Positions 1-13,276 of a stretch of 64,000 bases of DNA are shown here, in pieces. Position 1 is the first letter of the stretch. The number at the start of each line of letters is the position of its first letter. Under the pieces are notes generated by a model, which worked only from the letters and a program-made list of their open reading frames with translations, did not search any database and was not told the origin of the DNA. A program made the translations under genes and the position numbers. This DNA comes from the human T2T-CHM13v2.0 reference genome, Homo sapiens, in assembly GCF_009914755.1 (NCBI RefSeq), contig NC_060926.1; one strand, given 5' to 3'.

Positions 1-816
1 GGTGATGACTGAGCAGAGATAAAAGAGGAGGAGACCGATCAGTTGCACCTCTAGAGCCAATTAGGGCTGGTGCAGAGGCTGGTGGCCTCTGGCTGAACAG
101 AGTGGAGAGCTTTAGACTTCCCCTGGGTCTGTATCCAGGTTCCAGGGCCAACCACAACTCCTCTTTCTCTGTTACCTGAGAGCAGAGAAGGGGCAGGGCC
201 AGGGCGCCAGCAGGAGAGAGCTTAGCTGGCCAAGCTGAAGAGAGAGGTCATTAGGGACTAGATCATGGCAGCAGCGACTGCCTGGATCCTGGCAGAATAA
301 AAGAATTCCAGCAACAGTAAGTGACTTTGGAATAAGAGCCCTCAGCTGATGCCTGGAGGGATGCTGTAGGAGTTTTGGATAATCTTGTAGAAAAGATCAT
401 TTTTATTGTTTTTCTTTTATTACACTATGAATAGAGGACCTGCAGGTAGGGTAGCCAAGACTTTTCCCAGATGATACATTCCCCAGCAGAAGTACTGCTA
501 TTTCTAATGCGTGAGGCACTAATGATAAAGAATCTATGGATTACTAGCATTTCAAGAGCCTCAACCACGTTTTAAACCTAATTCAAATGAATATTTAACT
601 CAATGGCTATAAGATGTGGCAGTATGCCAACCATTCAACTTATTCTTCACATTTTTCACAAGAAAAACAACAAAAATCATCTCTCCTATAGACCTGACTG
701 ATTGATTATCCAAAGAACCAAAGCAGTAAATTTATGAATGTGTATTTAATTTGAAACAAAGAAGCATTCTGAAATATTTGACATAATGTGACTGGGAACA
801 TAAAGGTAAGGGTGTT

Positions 817-1090
817 GGCCGGGCACTGTGGCTCATGCCTGTAATCTCAGCACTTTGGGAGGCCAAGGCAGGAAGATCACTTGAAGCCAGGAGTTCCAGA
901 CCAGCCTGGGCAACATGGTGAAACCCGGTGTTTAGAAAAAATAAAATGAAAAAAAAAAAAAAATCAGCTGGACTTGATAGTGCATGCCTGCAGGAGGCTG
1001 AGATGGGAGGATCCCTTGGGCCCAAGAGGTCAAGACTGCACTGAGTTATGATTGCACCACTGCCCTCCAGCCTGGGTAACAGAGCAAGAC
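817..1090 (+). mobile_element. Alu (AluJ-like), with internal deletion in right arm
   Basis: GGCCGGGCACTGTGGCTCATGCCTGTAATCTCAGCACTTTGGGAGG start, A-rich linker, ...CCAGCCTGGGTAACAGAGCAAGAC end. Confidence 0.9.
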
Positions 1091-1305
1091 AGAATGGAAC
1101 GGAATGGAACGGGACGGGGAAGGGACGGGGAAGGAAAAGGAAAAGGAAAGGAAAGGGAGAGAAAGAAAGAAAGAGAAAAGTAAAAGAAAGGAAAAAAGGA
1201 AAGGAAAGGAAAGAAGGAAGAAAGGAAAGAAAAGAAAAAGAAAAAAAGAAAAGAAAAGAAAGAAAGAGAAAAATAAGAAAGAAAAGAAAGTAAGAGAAAG
1301 GAAGG
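1091..1305. repeat. GA-rich low-complexity microsatellite derived from the Alu tail
   Basis: GGAAC/GGGAC units grading into GGAAA/GAAA units; almost purely purine on +. Confidence 0.9.
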
Positions 1306-1867
1306 GTGTCAATGAAGGACTTAAAGGACTTAAAAATGGTCCTGTTCTCAGAATTCAGGGTAGGCCCTGTTCTGAGTTTCCTGAGAATTCTCTGGGAATG
1401 ATTTTTGAGTGATAAGTACATCAAATGTATGGGTCCTTTTTTGCCATAGGCATCACTAGACAAGGCTTACAGGTGGAATTGCTTGAGTTCTGAAGTTTTT
1501 TGTATGCTTAAGAAGTCAGTATCATACAGTATAAAAGTACTATAAAACTAGGAATTCACAACAAGGTGAAAAGCCAGAGGCAGAAAAATGAAGACATGGG
1601 AAGAGAGAATGAAATTACGTGTACAATAATTTACAAGTTATTAATATTAAACAAGGGTTTGGTATTTCCTTCCAGATAAAAGGCCTAATATTTATTACAG
1701 TGAAAAATAATCAGCAAATAAGTTGTCATTTCTTTCCACATTGATTCCAGAAGCTAAATGTCATTTTAATTGTATAAGTGTTAGCTTATGGAAGTTGGGA
1801 CTGAGTTTGGTTTCCTTGAAGAAAATTTAGGAAAGAAGGGGATAATGATTAGAAAAATATGTGGGAT

Positions 1868-2072
1868 GCCAGGTATGGTGGTGCGCATCTGTAAGTCCCA
1901 GCTACTCAGGAGGCTGAGACAGGATTGTTTAAGTCCAGGAGTTTGAAACTGTAGTGAGCCATCATCATGCCTATGAATAACCACTGCACTCCAGCCTGGG
2001 CAACAAAGGGAGATCCTGTCTGTTTAAAAAAAAAAAAGAAAAGAAAAGAAAAAGAAAAAGGAAAAAAAAAAA
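1868..2072 (+). mobile_element. FAM-type (7SL-derived) Alu monomer with A-rich tail
   Basis: Single monomer retaining the 7SL-like CCTATGAATAACCACTGCACTCCAGCC segment. Confidence 0.7.
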
Positions 2073-3757
2073 GTGGAAACCAGCTTACTAGCAAAGAGCT
2101 TGGTGGACTGCATTAAAACGTGTAGGGGCATTAGCAAAATCTCCAGCAGCAGCGAGCCCAAAAAGTACATCACCGAGGATTCATAAAGTATTGCATGCTT
2201 TTTAACAAGCATATTCCTTGCTTTTTTATCTCTACATGGAAGACAATAATGGATTTGTGAGTTTTGTATAGCTTCGTTTTGGACAACTAGAATTGGAAAA
2301 TTATTGTATAAACCAGGTGGTGGTATGGAAGGCAGTGGTGAGTCCATCGTGCCTACACAGCCATGAAATGGGAGCATCTGTGGTGTTTAATTTAGAAGAG
2401 GAACAAGATGCTACAGTCACTAAAATATCAAAGTGGGAAGCTTGATTGGTTCTTCAGGCAGAGCCTCATAGGGTTGGGTCATGGAGATCCAGAGTCTGAG
2501 GCTCATCTGTTTATTAAATTCAGAATGGCTGTTTTGATCATCTTCACTAACTGCTGACATAATTATAGGAAGTAGAACTTCCAAGTTGGCCATATACACT
2601 GAGGAGTATAAATAGTTTCCTATAGAAAATCAACAATAAGTAGCAAAATAAATATGCAAAAGTTATATGCATGTTTTTTCAGTAGGCTTTTAGGCAGGAC
2701 AAGTTGGGTGATCCTAATGGTTAATGACTTAAACGAAGCAAGCCCAATACTGACCTAGCAGAGGCAAACTGTGCTCTACACTAATGACAAAGCTGTTATT
2801 TCTCTATTTTAAAAATTTATTTACGGCAGCAATAAATGAAAGCCTATCATATCTCTCTAGTTTTCCAATAGGTATCCAGTAAGTAGGAAATCAAATTAAG
2901 AAGGTAGTTCTTTAGCAGACTGGTAACAAAGCATCAAGCTTTAGTAAGCTTTAATCCAAACTTACTGACCATAAAACCATCTTTTACTTTGCTAAGCCAT
3001 CACAGTTTTGTTAGCATTACTTACAAGCCATATTCACTCTTACTATTTACTATCATTTTATTAGTGGGTAAAGTCATTGAATACTGCAAGCAAGAGAGGA
3101 ATGGTGTGTCCTAACACTTAGGGTAAGGAGATCAAGCCTAGGGAAAAGACTCTCTGAGAATACCCTGAGGAGCAATTTGACATCCTTGTGGTGGAAGTTT
3201 ATTGAATCAGTTCCCAACTTCAGCCCAGTCAACTGTGAAGGGTCAGCATCACTCTTAACTTCCAATTGGAAATGTACTTGATGGACTTATAACTTAATTC
3301 TATGAGTGTATTATATTTACTAGGTGTCTTATAATTTTTAATTATGGGAAGAGAGGGGGTGACATACTACGAAGGGATTGAAAGAGCTAAAAGGCTTAGT
3401 CAAAAATTACATGTAATTTTTGCTGTATGTCACATACCATAAAGTTAACACGGGTGGACAGTGAGTATAGCAAATCGTTTCAACTGTTCTTTGCTGGTGT
3501 TTGGAGATGGTTAAATGTTTACACAAATATTTCCTCTCTCCACCAACTCTTTCCCCATTCCCTAATGCTCACTTCCACTTCTGTTTTTTAACTTTTGGAG
3601 TTCCTTGATCTGCATAAACATTCTACCAACTCAGCCCAAGGCAACTTTGAATTTTATGGTTACATTGCTAATTTTATCTTTATCTGAAAACCTTTGGCAC
3701 AGATTTTGTCTTAAAGCACGTTTTGTCTTAAATAAGTCAACAGGATTGCTAACGTAA

Positions 3758-4033
<276 letters not shown>

Positions 4034-4310
4034 GACAGCTAATGTAGTATTAATTTGAAATGAGGGGGATCTGCCTGTCCAGTATTCAAATCCCAGTAAC
4101 CTCTGGATGAATTACTTGCCATTTCTAGTTCTTGTCGCTTAATTTTAAGATGGAAATTTCTACGTTGAAGTTTTAGAGAGGTTGTTGAGAGAACAGAGAC
4201 GATACAAGTCCATGCTTAGAATACTCAGTACATAGCAAAATAATAAATATTTTCCCTCTGCCCTCTCTCTTTTCTTGGAAAGCCAGGTAAGCAATGAGAA
4301 GTTGGTTTAT

Positions 4311-4598
4311 GGCCAGGTGTGGTGGTTCACGCCTGCAAATCCCAGCACTTTGGGAGACCAAGGTGGGAGGATCCCTTGAGCTCAGGAGTTCGAGATCTGC
4401 TTGGGCCACATAGCAAGACCTCGTCTCCACAAAAAATTAAGATTACCTGGGCGTGGCACATTCCTGTAGTCCCAGCTACGGGAGGCTGAGTTGGGAGGAT
4501 CACTTTAGCCTAGGAGGTCGAGGCTGCAGTGAGCTGTGATGGCACCACTGCACTCCAGCCTGGGTGACAGCCCTGTCAAAAACAAAACAAAACAAAAA
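4311..4598 (+). mobile_element. Alu (AluJ-like)
   Basis: GGCCAGGTGTGGTGGTTCACGCCTG...GAGGTCGAGGCTGCAGTGAGC, AAAAC tail. Confidence 0.9.
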
Positions 4599-5149
4599 TT
4601 GCTGACGTATGCACAGTTAAAGCAAAAAGAGTTGGGATCCTTGAATGACGTTCATGTCTGTTCTGGCAAAGCCGGGATTGTTGGTCCCCCAAACTTCTTT
4701 AAAGAAGTTTACTCCTGGTAGCTCGATTAAGTATCTTTGTCCCATGGCCGTGGGGAATAAAAAGTTCAGTTGTCACCCCCTTTTTAAACTAAATGTCCGA
4801 AGAGACAAGGCAATCCCATCCTCTCTTCACACATTTGTGCAGGTGCAGCTTTATTTCCCACCGTGCGGTCCCAGGAGGCCGCCTGGTCTTCTGCGCTCAC
4901 TTCCTAGGCATCCCTGGCCGCCCCTCGGCAGCCTCTCCTTCTGGCCTGAGACTTCCAGCTGAGCCTCATCCCCTCCACCTGAAAACTGCTCCATGGGGCA
5001 CTTCATCTACCTGGAAAGTTCTCGATTTCCAACTGGAGCCTGTATACTGCTGGTTGTGTCTCAGCAGTTATTACAGCTCTGGGCTTACAACGGGAGCTTA
5101 GCAAAAGTTCCACCCTGGCTTCCTAGACTGCTACAGCTCCAAGAAAAAT

Positions 5150-6050
5150 CCTGTGCGCACAAACGGCCGCCGCCTTTGGCGTCTCCCGCGGATTAGACCA
5201 GTTAGGAGGTCTCAGTAGGCTTTTAGGCAGGACAAGTTTTACGCCTGGCCAAATAAGGGTCAGACTAAGCAAGGCGCCTCCGTGCGCCTAGCCAGAGCGG
5301 TGCCGGCTGCGGAACCTGCCCCGCCGGGAGCCTAGTGCCATGCGGCAGCGGCGGCGGTGGCGGCTTCCCAAGCGCGGCGGCAAATCCGGGCCCGCCCGGA
5401 AGTGCCCGGCGCTGTAGGAGGGAGCAAGGGCCCAGGAGCCGCCGCCGCCGCCGCCGCGCGCACGCGCCCTCGCGGGCTGGAGCCGGGGCTGGAGTCGTAA
5501 CTCGGAAGCCGGAGCCCAGACGGGCCCGCGGCGGGGGGGTGGGGGCTGCGCGGGGGCGGGAGTGGCGGAGGTGGCCGCCCCTGGCGGCGGGTTTGTTTAT
5601 CCCGGGGAAGAAGTTTAGGAGCGGGAGATAGGGAAGGAGGGCGGGTCGGGGAGGAGGGATGCGGTTCGGCGGAGGCGGCCGCCACAGGGACTTGCCGCCA
5701 TCACCCCTGCTGCCACCACCGCAGCCTCGGGCTCCCAGGGCGGACACGGCCACCGCCTCAGCGGGAGAGGAGTCTCCACCAGGACTGACCGCTGCCGCCC
5801 AGCACGTCCAGGTAGGCGCCCCTTCCCCTCCCCCCAGTCCCCGCGGCAGCCCCAGGCGCTTGCTCCCCTCCCCCGGCTCTCCGTAGACCGGCGGCCTCCT
5901 GCTCGCGCCTCACTGCGCCCTCTGCTCTCTGGGTCCCGGACCCCTGCTCGGGCGGCGAGCTCCGGCCTGCTCTGGGGACTACCTCCCACGCCCCCGGACC
6001 GCCCTTCCCTCGCGCGGCGGCACCACTTTCCCCGGGGTTGCCCCCAATCC
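5150..6050. promoter_or_regulatory. SPOPL: CpG island promoter of SPOPL
   Basis: Very high GC and CpG density; ETS/GABP motif CCGGAAGTG at 5396-5404; NRF1-like GCGCACGCGC at 5458-5467; GC boxes; (GCC)6 at about 5438-5455; no TATA box. Confidence 0.9.
5490..5811 (+). other. SPOPL: SPOPL exon 1 (5' UTR; start position approximate)
   Basis: Donor CAG|GTAGGC at 5811/5812 inside the CpG island; the TSS cannot be fixed from sequence. Confidence 0.75.
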
Positions 6051-6869
6051 CTCCTTGATTTCCCAGCCTCCACCTTCCAGGATCCCCTTTAGTTTTACCC
6101 CCGGGCCTCGCCCCTTCTTTTCCTCTGGCTTCTCTCCTCCTCTATACCTGTGTACCTCCACACCTGCCCCTTTTTACCTGAGTGCTGCCCAAAGGCAGAA
6201 ACTGCATGCTCTGCCACCGCGCAGCGTCCACTTTCATACCTCCTCATCCCAAATACAGACACTTGAAACTCTCGTCCCTGTTAGCCCATTTTAGGCAGAG
6301 TTCTCAGCTTCGCAGACCGCTCACTACCTCCAGTCCGGTGGTCATGCCTTTAACCTCTCTTTAACCTGCTTTCTAATACATTTTTGCTCACTTATACCAG
6401 AGTACATCAAGCTAACCGCGCGGTTCGGGGTCCAAGTCTTCAAAGAGCCCACTTGTATTCCTGCTGCTCTCCTTTTTCCTAATTCTTTTTGAGTCAATGT
6501 ATTTGTATATTGATTCAACATAAAAGAAAAGGGAAGGTAGCATTTTCTCTCTCAAAGCAGTCACACAACCCAGTAGAAATAAGATTCACCATCTGCTTAT
6601 CCTAACTTTCGCTTGTCTCTTTCCTGACTGAACTCTGTCATTCAGTGATTCTTTCCAGGCTTCTGATGCTTTGTCTATTTTTGAATAATCTTGGGCCTAG
6701 TTTGACCCATTGTGGTACTCACTTTCCCACTTGCAATTGAATCCACTGTTTCTTGGACTAGAAACTGACAGAGGTAAAAGGTTCATACCTTGAAAAATTA
6801 CATCTCTCCTGCCACGATGAGATTGGCGGAATATTTCAAATTACCATTTCATCATTCTTGTGAGAAATG

Positions 6870-7122
6870 TTGCCTAGTGGTTAAGAACTCTTCTCTAGAG
6901 CTCAGACTAGTATATAGTTGCCAGGGTGTAAACCCTTGCTCTGCCATCTACCAGCTTTGGCTTTGGGGAAGTTACTTAATATTTCTTCGCCTCAGTATAC
7001 TTACAGCTGTAAAATGGGGTTATGATATGACATCACAGGATGGTGCTAGTAATTGCACAAGTAAATACAAGTAAAGTACTTAAAACAGTACCTGGCACAG
7101 GGCAAATATCTGATAAATGCTA
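6870..7122 (+). mobile_element. MIR SINE
   Basis: CTAGTGGTTAAGA...CTCTGCCATCTACCAGCT...GCCTCAGT...TGTAAAATGGGG...AACAGTACCTGGCACA core motifs. Confidence 0.65.
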
Positions 7123-9049
7123 TCATCACTTCTTGGTTTGACTTGATCTGGCTTGTGGGTAGATTAATTCTAAGACAGGAAGGTGGGAATGGAAAGCTAC
7201 TTTCTTATTCTTTGACATTTAACAACCTTTTTTGATATAGATAGCATGTATAATTTGTTATTGTATAAATTAATTCCTTCTGATTTGAAAACTACAGGGT
7301 TTTAGCCCACCATTTTCAAGGCAGCTAACTACCAAGCTACAGATAGGTCAGTCCTTATTTCAGATGTCTATTTGGAACTTCTACAATTTTACCTTTGTTT
7401 TGAGAATAAACAAAGTGAAAGTACTGTGTATAACAGATTCATCATACTGGAAAATGAGATTTTACAGATAAAAGTTTTAGTACTGTAAGTTAAATACTCA
7501 AAACTGGTGGTATTCTTCATACTCATCTGACCTTTATCTTCAATCACTACTCGAGATAGAGCTTTGGCTTGTCTTCCTTCAGAAGACTGGTGGCCGTTTT
7601 CTCTTAATGTGTTATGTTCATTCATATTCACATGTCTTCTTGGCTTGGTGTTTACAGAATTTTACTCACTTTAAAAAATGCTGACAGTTTTTGCCGTATT
7701 TGCTTACCTCTTGTGCACTGTTGCTTACTTATTACATTTTTAAAGGACTCACATTAAAAGATCTGAATAGATATTACTTTTGTGTTGTTTTAAATAGTAA
7801 AAGTTTGAAATCACTATTTGCTGTCCTAATTACATGTAAAAATATGTACATATGTAACTATCAAAATAAAAATGTTTTTCCATTTATAGTTTAAAATCAT
7901 TCTTGTGCCACCATGGAACATGTTCCATACTTGGGGGTGACACTGTTTTTGGTAATGCTGTTCCCTGACCTAGAATAACCTTTGCTCTTTCTCCTGTATA
8001 TCCAGGTTCTACCTGATTTTCATCTCTCACTGCTTCCACATAGTTCCTTCCAACATTTAGTTTCTTGGCTTTCCTAATGTCTATATCTGCATTTTTGGCC
8101 ATGAATTTATATAAACAGGGCAGGTTGAAGAAAAATAACTCCCCTAGAATCAGACTTTTAAAGCTTATAGAACTTTGAAAGGGTGGGATAAAATTGACAT
8201 TTAACATCTACTCTATGCCTGGCACTGTTTCTTAGTTTTGTAAATATTCTTTCCAAAAATATTTAATGAGCATCTACCATGTGCCAGGCATTGGGGATAC
8301 ATGAGAGTGGCCCTTCTCAACCATGTTTCTGGGTGAAAATCAAACCCTAATGCTCTGAGGCATCTAAGCTATGTAATGAATTATCTCATCTCCTGTGCAC
8401 CTAGAATAGTACTAGCTACGTACCGTTCTTGAGAGAACTAAAGCAGTAGTTACTCCAGTTTTTGTAGGGCTTAATTTCTGCAGAGCCCTAGTTGAGAAAA
8501 GCTCCTGTACAGAGAAGAGTAATATGCAGTCTCTGCTTTTTTGTAATTTTATTCTGATGTGGCACTGACAGGCAGTTTATATATATTAACTTATTTAAAC
8601 CCATAATAATTCTTTAATAAGACTTTTTTATTCCTATTTTACAAATGAGGAACTTGAGAAACAGATTACTTAACTTCTGCAAAATCAGACAGTTGAGAAA
8701 GTTTTGCAGCCAGGCAACATAGTTCTCATCTATTACTCTTTTGCCTCTCACACCTTTCACTTCCTTGTTGATTTACTTTAGAGAAGACTCACTTCCTTGT
8801 TGATTAGAGAAAATTCTTCACCTTTCTGAATATCTTATTTATTTATTTTTTATAAATTTAAGCTTCACAGCAGAGTTTCCTTCTCTTTTCATGTTGTTTA
8901 GTGAAGAAAGTAAAGGAGATGTAACTCTTTTAAAGTACTTCATCAAAAGTCTTATGTCAAGCCTTATATATGATTAAATATTGAAGGCATTTACATTTAG
9001 TGGTCATGCTCACTGTTTTGTTTCCTTACTTGGATTTGTTAACTTAACA

Positions 9050-9282
9050 AAAGTTTATTAACAACCCATCTGTGCCAGTCTCTGGTGACATGTAATGGAA
9101 AGAGATTACTTGTATTCATGGAGGCAGAAGTCTGTTTGGGGAATAAAATAAAGAAAAAAAATTATAGGCCAGGTGCCTTGGCTCATACCTATAATCCCAG
9201 CACTTTGGGAGGTCGAGGTGGGCTTATCACTTAAGGTCAGGAGTTCAAGACCAGCCCGGCCAACATGGTGAAACTGTGTCTC

Positions 9283-9314
<32 letters not shown>

Positions 9315-10800
9315 TAGTTAGTTGGGTGTGGTGGCACACACCTGTAGTCCCGGCTACTTGGGAGGGTGAGGCAGGAGAATCTCTTGAACCCCAGAGACAG
9401 AGCTTGCAGTGAGCTGCACTCCAACCTGAGCAACAGAGTGAGACTCTGTCTCAAAATAAAATAATAATAATTATAAAAATAATTAGTTACCATTACTGCT
9501 ACAAAGGAAGATCATTGTGAAGAACAAAGGCACACCAATCCATTAGGGAATGCTTCTCTGAAGAAATGACTTTTAGACAGAAACCTAAAGGATGAACTGT
9601 AGTGACCCAAGTGATGTTGGCAATTTCAACTTTCTGGACCTGGAAGGTCCAGTAAGAACTGAACTTCAGCACGTGAGGTTGGTTGATGGGGAATAGACTG
9701 GAGCAGATCACCATGGCCAAAATCCACGCTAAGCATTTTGTACTTAATCCTAAGAGCAATAGGAAGCCACCAGAGAATGTTAAACAGCTGAATAAGTTAC
9801 CCAAATTTTTGCTTTAAAAAAATCAGTTGGCTGCTCTGCAGAGAACAGGTTGGAAAGAGGCAAGTGTAAATACAGGGAGACTAATTAAGTCATTGCTTCT
9901 CAAACTTGTCTGTGTTGAAGGACCAATTTTGTTTTAATTTTCTATTCATTCTGGTATTTAGTAACACACAATAAGATGTTTGTTTTGGCAGTGTCAAATT
10001 GCTGTAAACGTTCCTAAATGCTTTCTCTAGGTTTCTATATTTATTTCATTTCAGACCAGTAGCAAAAGTTTTTGGACCAGTGTCAGTGCACAGGTCACAA
10101 TTTGAATAGCGTTGAGATTAGCTGTTACAATAATGTAGTCAAGAGTTGGTGGAACCTTGGTTCAGGATGGCAGTGATAGAGATAAACTAGCCTGATTTGA
10201 CAAATAAATTTTGGGAGGAAAAATTGATAGGATTTAGAGATGGATGAGATTTGGGGGTCCTGGGGAGAGGAAAAGGCTGACTTCCAGGGCCAGTAGTTCT
10301 TGTGCCTAAGGTGAGAGTACTGGGGGAGGAGCAGTTTTTTATTTTGTAGTTTCAGGGAAGGGGGAGGTATTGGTCATTTTTCAATTGGAGACTTACTAAA
10401 CTTGAGACTGAGACATATAAGTAGAGATGCCTAGTAGCAATTGGATGTATAGGTCTGGAGCTCAGCAAAGAGGTTTGGACTGGAAATAAATTTGGGAATA
10501 GTGTACAGTTTATAATTGATGTCTGGGAGTGAGGGATGAGATTGCTTAAGGAGATAGTATGGAGAAGATAAGGGGGCTTATGAGTAAGCCCTGTGAATCT
10601 TTCACATTTGAACTTTGGTAGAAAGAAATGGAACAAAAGAGGCTGAGAAGGAAGAAGCTAGAGGTTGGAAGAAAATTTTGTTGGTATCACTGAAGCCAAG
10701 GCAATAGACTGAAAAAGAAGGGAGTGGCCAGTTGAATATTTTGAATGCAACTGGGAAATTAAGTGGCAAACTAAAGAGCATACGCTGAATTTAGCAACAT
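9050..10800 (-). mobile_element. Degraded L2 LINE, interrupted by an Alu and probably a small DNA transposon
   Basis: TTTATTAACAACCCATCTGTGCCAG (reverse complement of an L2 3' end) followed by purine-rich L2-like body (GGTCTGGAGCTCAG..., GGAAGCCAC). Confidence 0.5.
9167..9480 (+). mobile_element. Alu (AluS-like) with long A linker
   Basis: GGCCAGGTGCCTTGGCTCATACCTATAATCCCAGCACTTTGGGAGG... Confidence 0.9.
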
Positions 10801-12011
10801 GAAGAAAATTTTATATTTCTGGTTGTCAATACACCCATAAACTGTTTGATGATGAATTTTGTATTAATCTGCCGAAGTTACAATCCTAAATTAAAATAAA
10901 ATATTAAATCTATAATATGAACCATATCTGTCTTCCTGAGTTCAGACGTGTTTTTAGTATCATCTGGCTGTTCTATAAGTATCTAAAACTTTTCACAGCT
11001 TATTCATTCATAGTATGTATTTTTTAAATACTCACTATTTATCAGACACTGAATGCTAGACTTCTAGGTATGGGATTAGAATTCAGAGACTAGGGACCAT
11101 GAACGATTAAACAAATATTTGTTTTTCTTGTGTGATTAGTGCTGTCGTGGCAGTTTATTCAGGTTGCCTTGGAAGCACAGAGCAGGGGCATCAGGGGAGG
11201 CTTTCAAGGAAAATGACCCTTGAGCAGAGTGTTTCTGAAAGTCAAGTTACACAGGTGGAGAAGACGAGTTAAACATAGGTGGCAGAGGAGTTTAAAGAAA
11301 TGATACTCCAAGTAATTTGAAAGCCTGCAAAGGCAGAAATTGGGGCTAGAGTACACGGGTAGTAGGTTGGAGAGGTTGGCCATGCCATTTAAAGGTTTCT
11401 CACTTGAACTTGTATCTTTTTTGGATTTTTTTTATTAATATCCTTACCACCCATATAGTCACTAAATGTGGAGGTATCTTTTTAATATCTTTAAGAATTA
11501 AATATTTCTTTGTTTTAGTATTTATTGCCCAAGGTAGTGTTTTATTTTTGCTAGTTAGCTTTACATTATATGTATTAAATCTATACTTACAGGTTCATTC
11601 AATAACTGATAGCATAAATATTTTAGTTATATTCCAGTGACTTATTATGGAAGAAATTTTATACATGTAACTTTTTCTCTCAATTTTAGGGAGTTTAAAA
11701 GGAAAGCCTTGCTAAGGATTGGTGAAGATGTAGTACTAAACCTTGGGTATATGGTCAATGATGGTGTTTCTGGGCTCAGTAGAATGACAGCCATCCCCTG
11801 ATAGCTTAAATGTTATTTTAGGTGGTTGTGTTACATCAAAAAGTCTACAAATCCCTGGACTTTTCTCTTGGACCATGGGTAGAATACAATTTATCTATAG
11901 ACATGGATAAACTTTTTGAAGAATACTGTAGTTGGCAAAACCTTAATTGGCAAGGGCAGGGTCTCATAGAAAATAATGGGATAGAAAGGAAAATTATGTT
12001 AAAATTAATTT

Positions 12012-12320
12012 TATTCTTTCTTTATTTATTTTCTATTTTTTTGAGACAGAGTCTTGCCCTTTTGCCCAGGCTGGAGTGCAGTGACGTGATCTCAGCTCAT
12101 TGCAACCTCTGTCTCCTGGTTCAAACAATTCTCCTGCCTCAGCCTCCTGAGTAGCTGGGACTACAGGCACAGCCACCATGCCCAGCTAACTTTTGTATTT
12201 TTAGTAGAGATGGGGTTTCACCATGTTGGCCAGGCTGGTCTTGAACTCCTGACCTCAAGTAATCCTCCCACCTCAGCCTCCCAAAGTGCTGGGATTATAG
12301 GCTGAGCCACTGGGTCTGGC
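12012..12320 (-). mobile_element. Alu (AluS-like); a partial Alu monomer follows at about 12375-12445
   Basis: T-rich tail, GAGACAGAGTCTTGCC...CCCAAAGTGCTGGGATTATAGG. Confidence 0.9.
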
Positions 12321-13276
12321 CAAAGTGAATTTTAAAAACACAGTAAATGAAAAGTTCTAGAAGACATCCAGTTTATTTTATTTTTTGGCAGAGACGGGTC
12401 TCACTGTCTTTCCCAGGCTTGTCTCAAACTCCTGGCCTCAAGGGAATTAAGAAAATTATAACTTTAAAAATTTATTTTTACTAGTTCATACTGGCTTTAA
12501 AATCTTTTGCTCTTGCCTTCTCCTTGGTTTTAAGTTTTGTTATGTCTTATATAACAACTGTGTGCTTTTCATGTATTTATTATGGCTCTTACAGGTACCC
12601 TTTTAGAGGCGTTTTATCTTTATGTTGAACATAACTATAGCTCCTGTTTGGTATTCTTTATACCTGCTTATATGTTCTAAAAGAGGTCAGGATAATTATT
12701 AGCATTATATTCTGAATTGTGTAATACATGAGACTAAACTTTACATAGGTAAAAGCTAGCAGATTAAAATGATTTTTTTATTCTCAAGTATGAAATTTTT
12801 GCACCTCAAACCATGGTTGGGACAGGTTAGATAGGAGATACGTATATGTATATATACCTAAAGTGAAGGTATGATGAAGATACTCATCTCTGCAATACGA
12901 ATATATTTAGAAAATACTCCCCTTCCCCCAACACACACACTTCTTTGGAGTTGGTGTATTTGCTTTCATCCTATAGTAGATAAATAAGTAAAAATATTTA
13001 GGGTTAACAATTAAAAACAAAGAGGTGTTTTTATTTTCTGCAGAACTGAAGATTGATAGTATATCTAAAAAGTAGTATGCTTTTGAAATATTATTTTATA
13101 GGTATGAGCTGAGATTAAATTCAAAAAACAAAAATAACAAAATATAATGTTATATTTATTGACAAAGAAAATACCATTGTTTCCTGTTTGGGTATGTTTT
13201 CTGAAGCAAATTTAACAATTTTTTTCTTGTGTAAAATAGATTTGTATCTCCCCTCCTCGAACCCCCCAGTTAGGTG

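Noticed and set aside
1-330. GC-richer segment with AATAAA, possibly an old LTR or exon
   Set aside because: Truncated by the window edge; no family motif or splice structure I can support
732-1463. 243-aa minus-strand ORF and overlapping K/R/E-rich ORFs
   Set aside because: They are translations of an Alu and a GA-rich microsatellite
5265-6294. Several overlapping Gly/Arg/Pro-rich ORFs on both strands of the CpG island
   Set aside because: Expected from stop-codon scarcity in GC-rich DNA; only the ATG at 5659, whose frame meets the donor in phase 0, was kept
8757-8805. 17-bp direct repeat TCACTTCCTTGTTGATT (8757-8773 and 8789-8805); similar tiny tandem duplications near 15736, 22078 and 63268
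   Set aside because: Ordinary slippage-type micro-duplications; no array structure and not CRISPR-like
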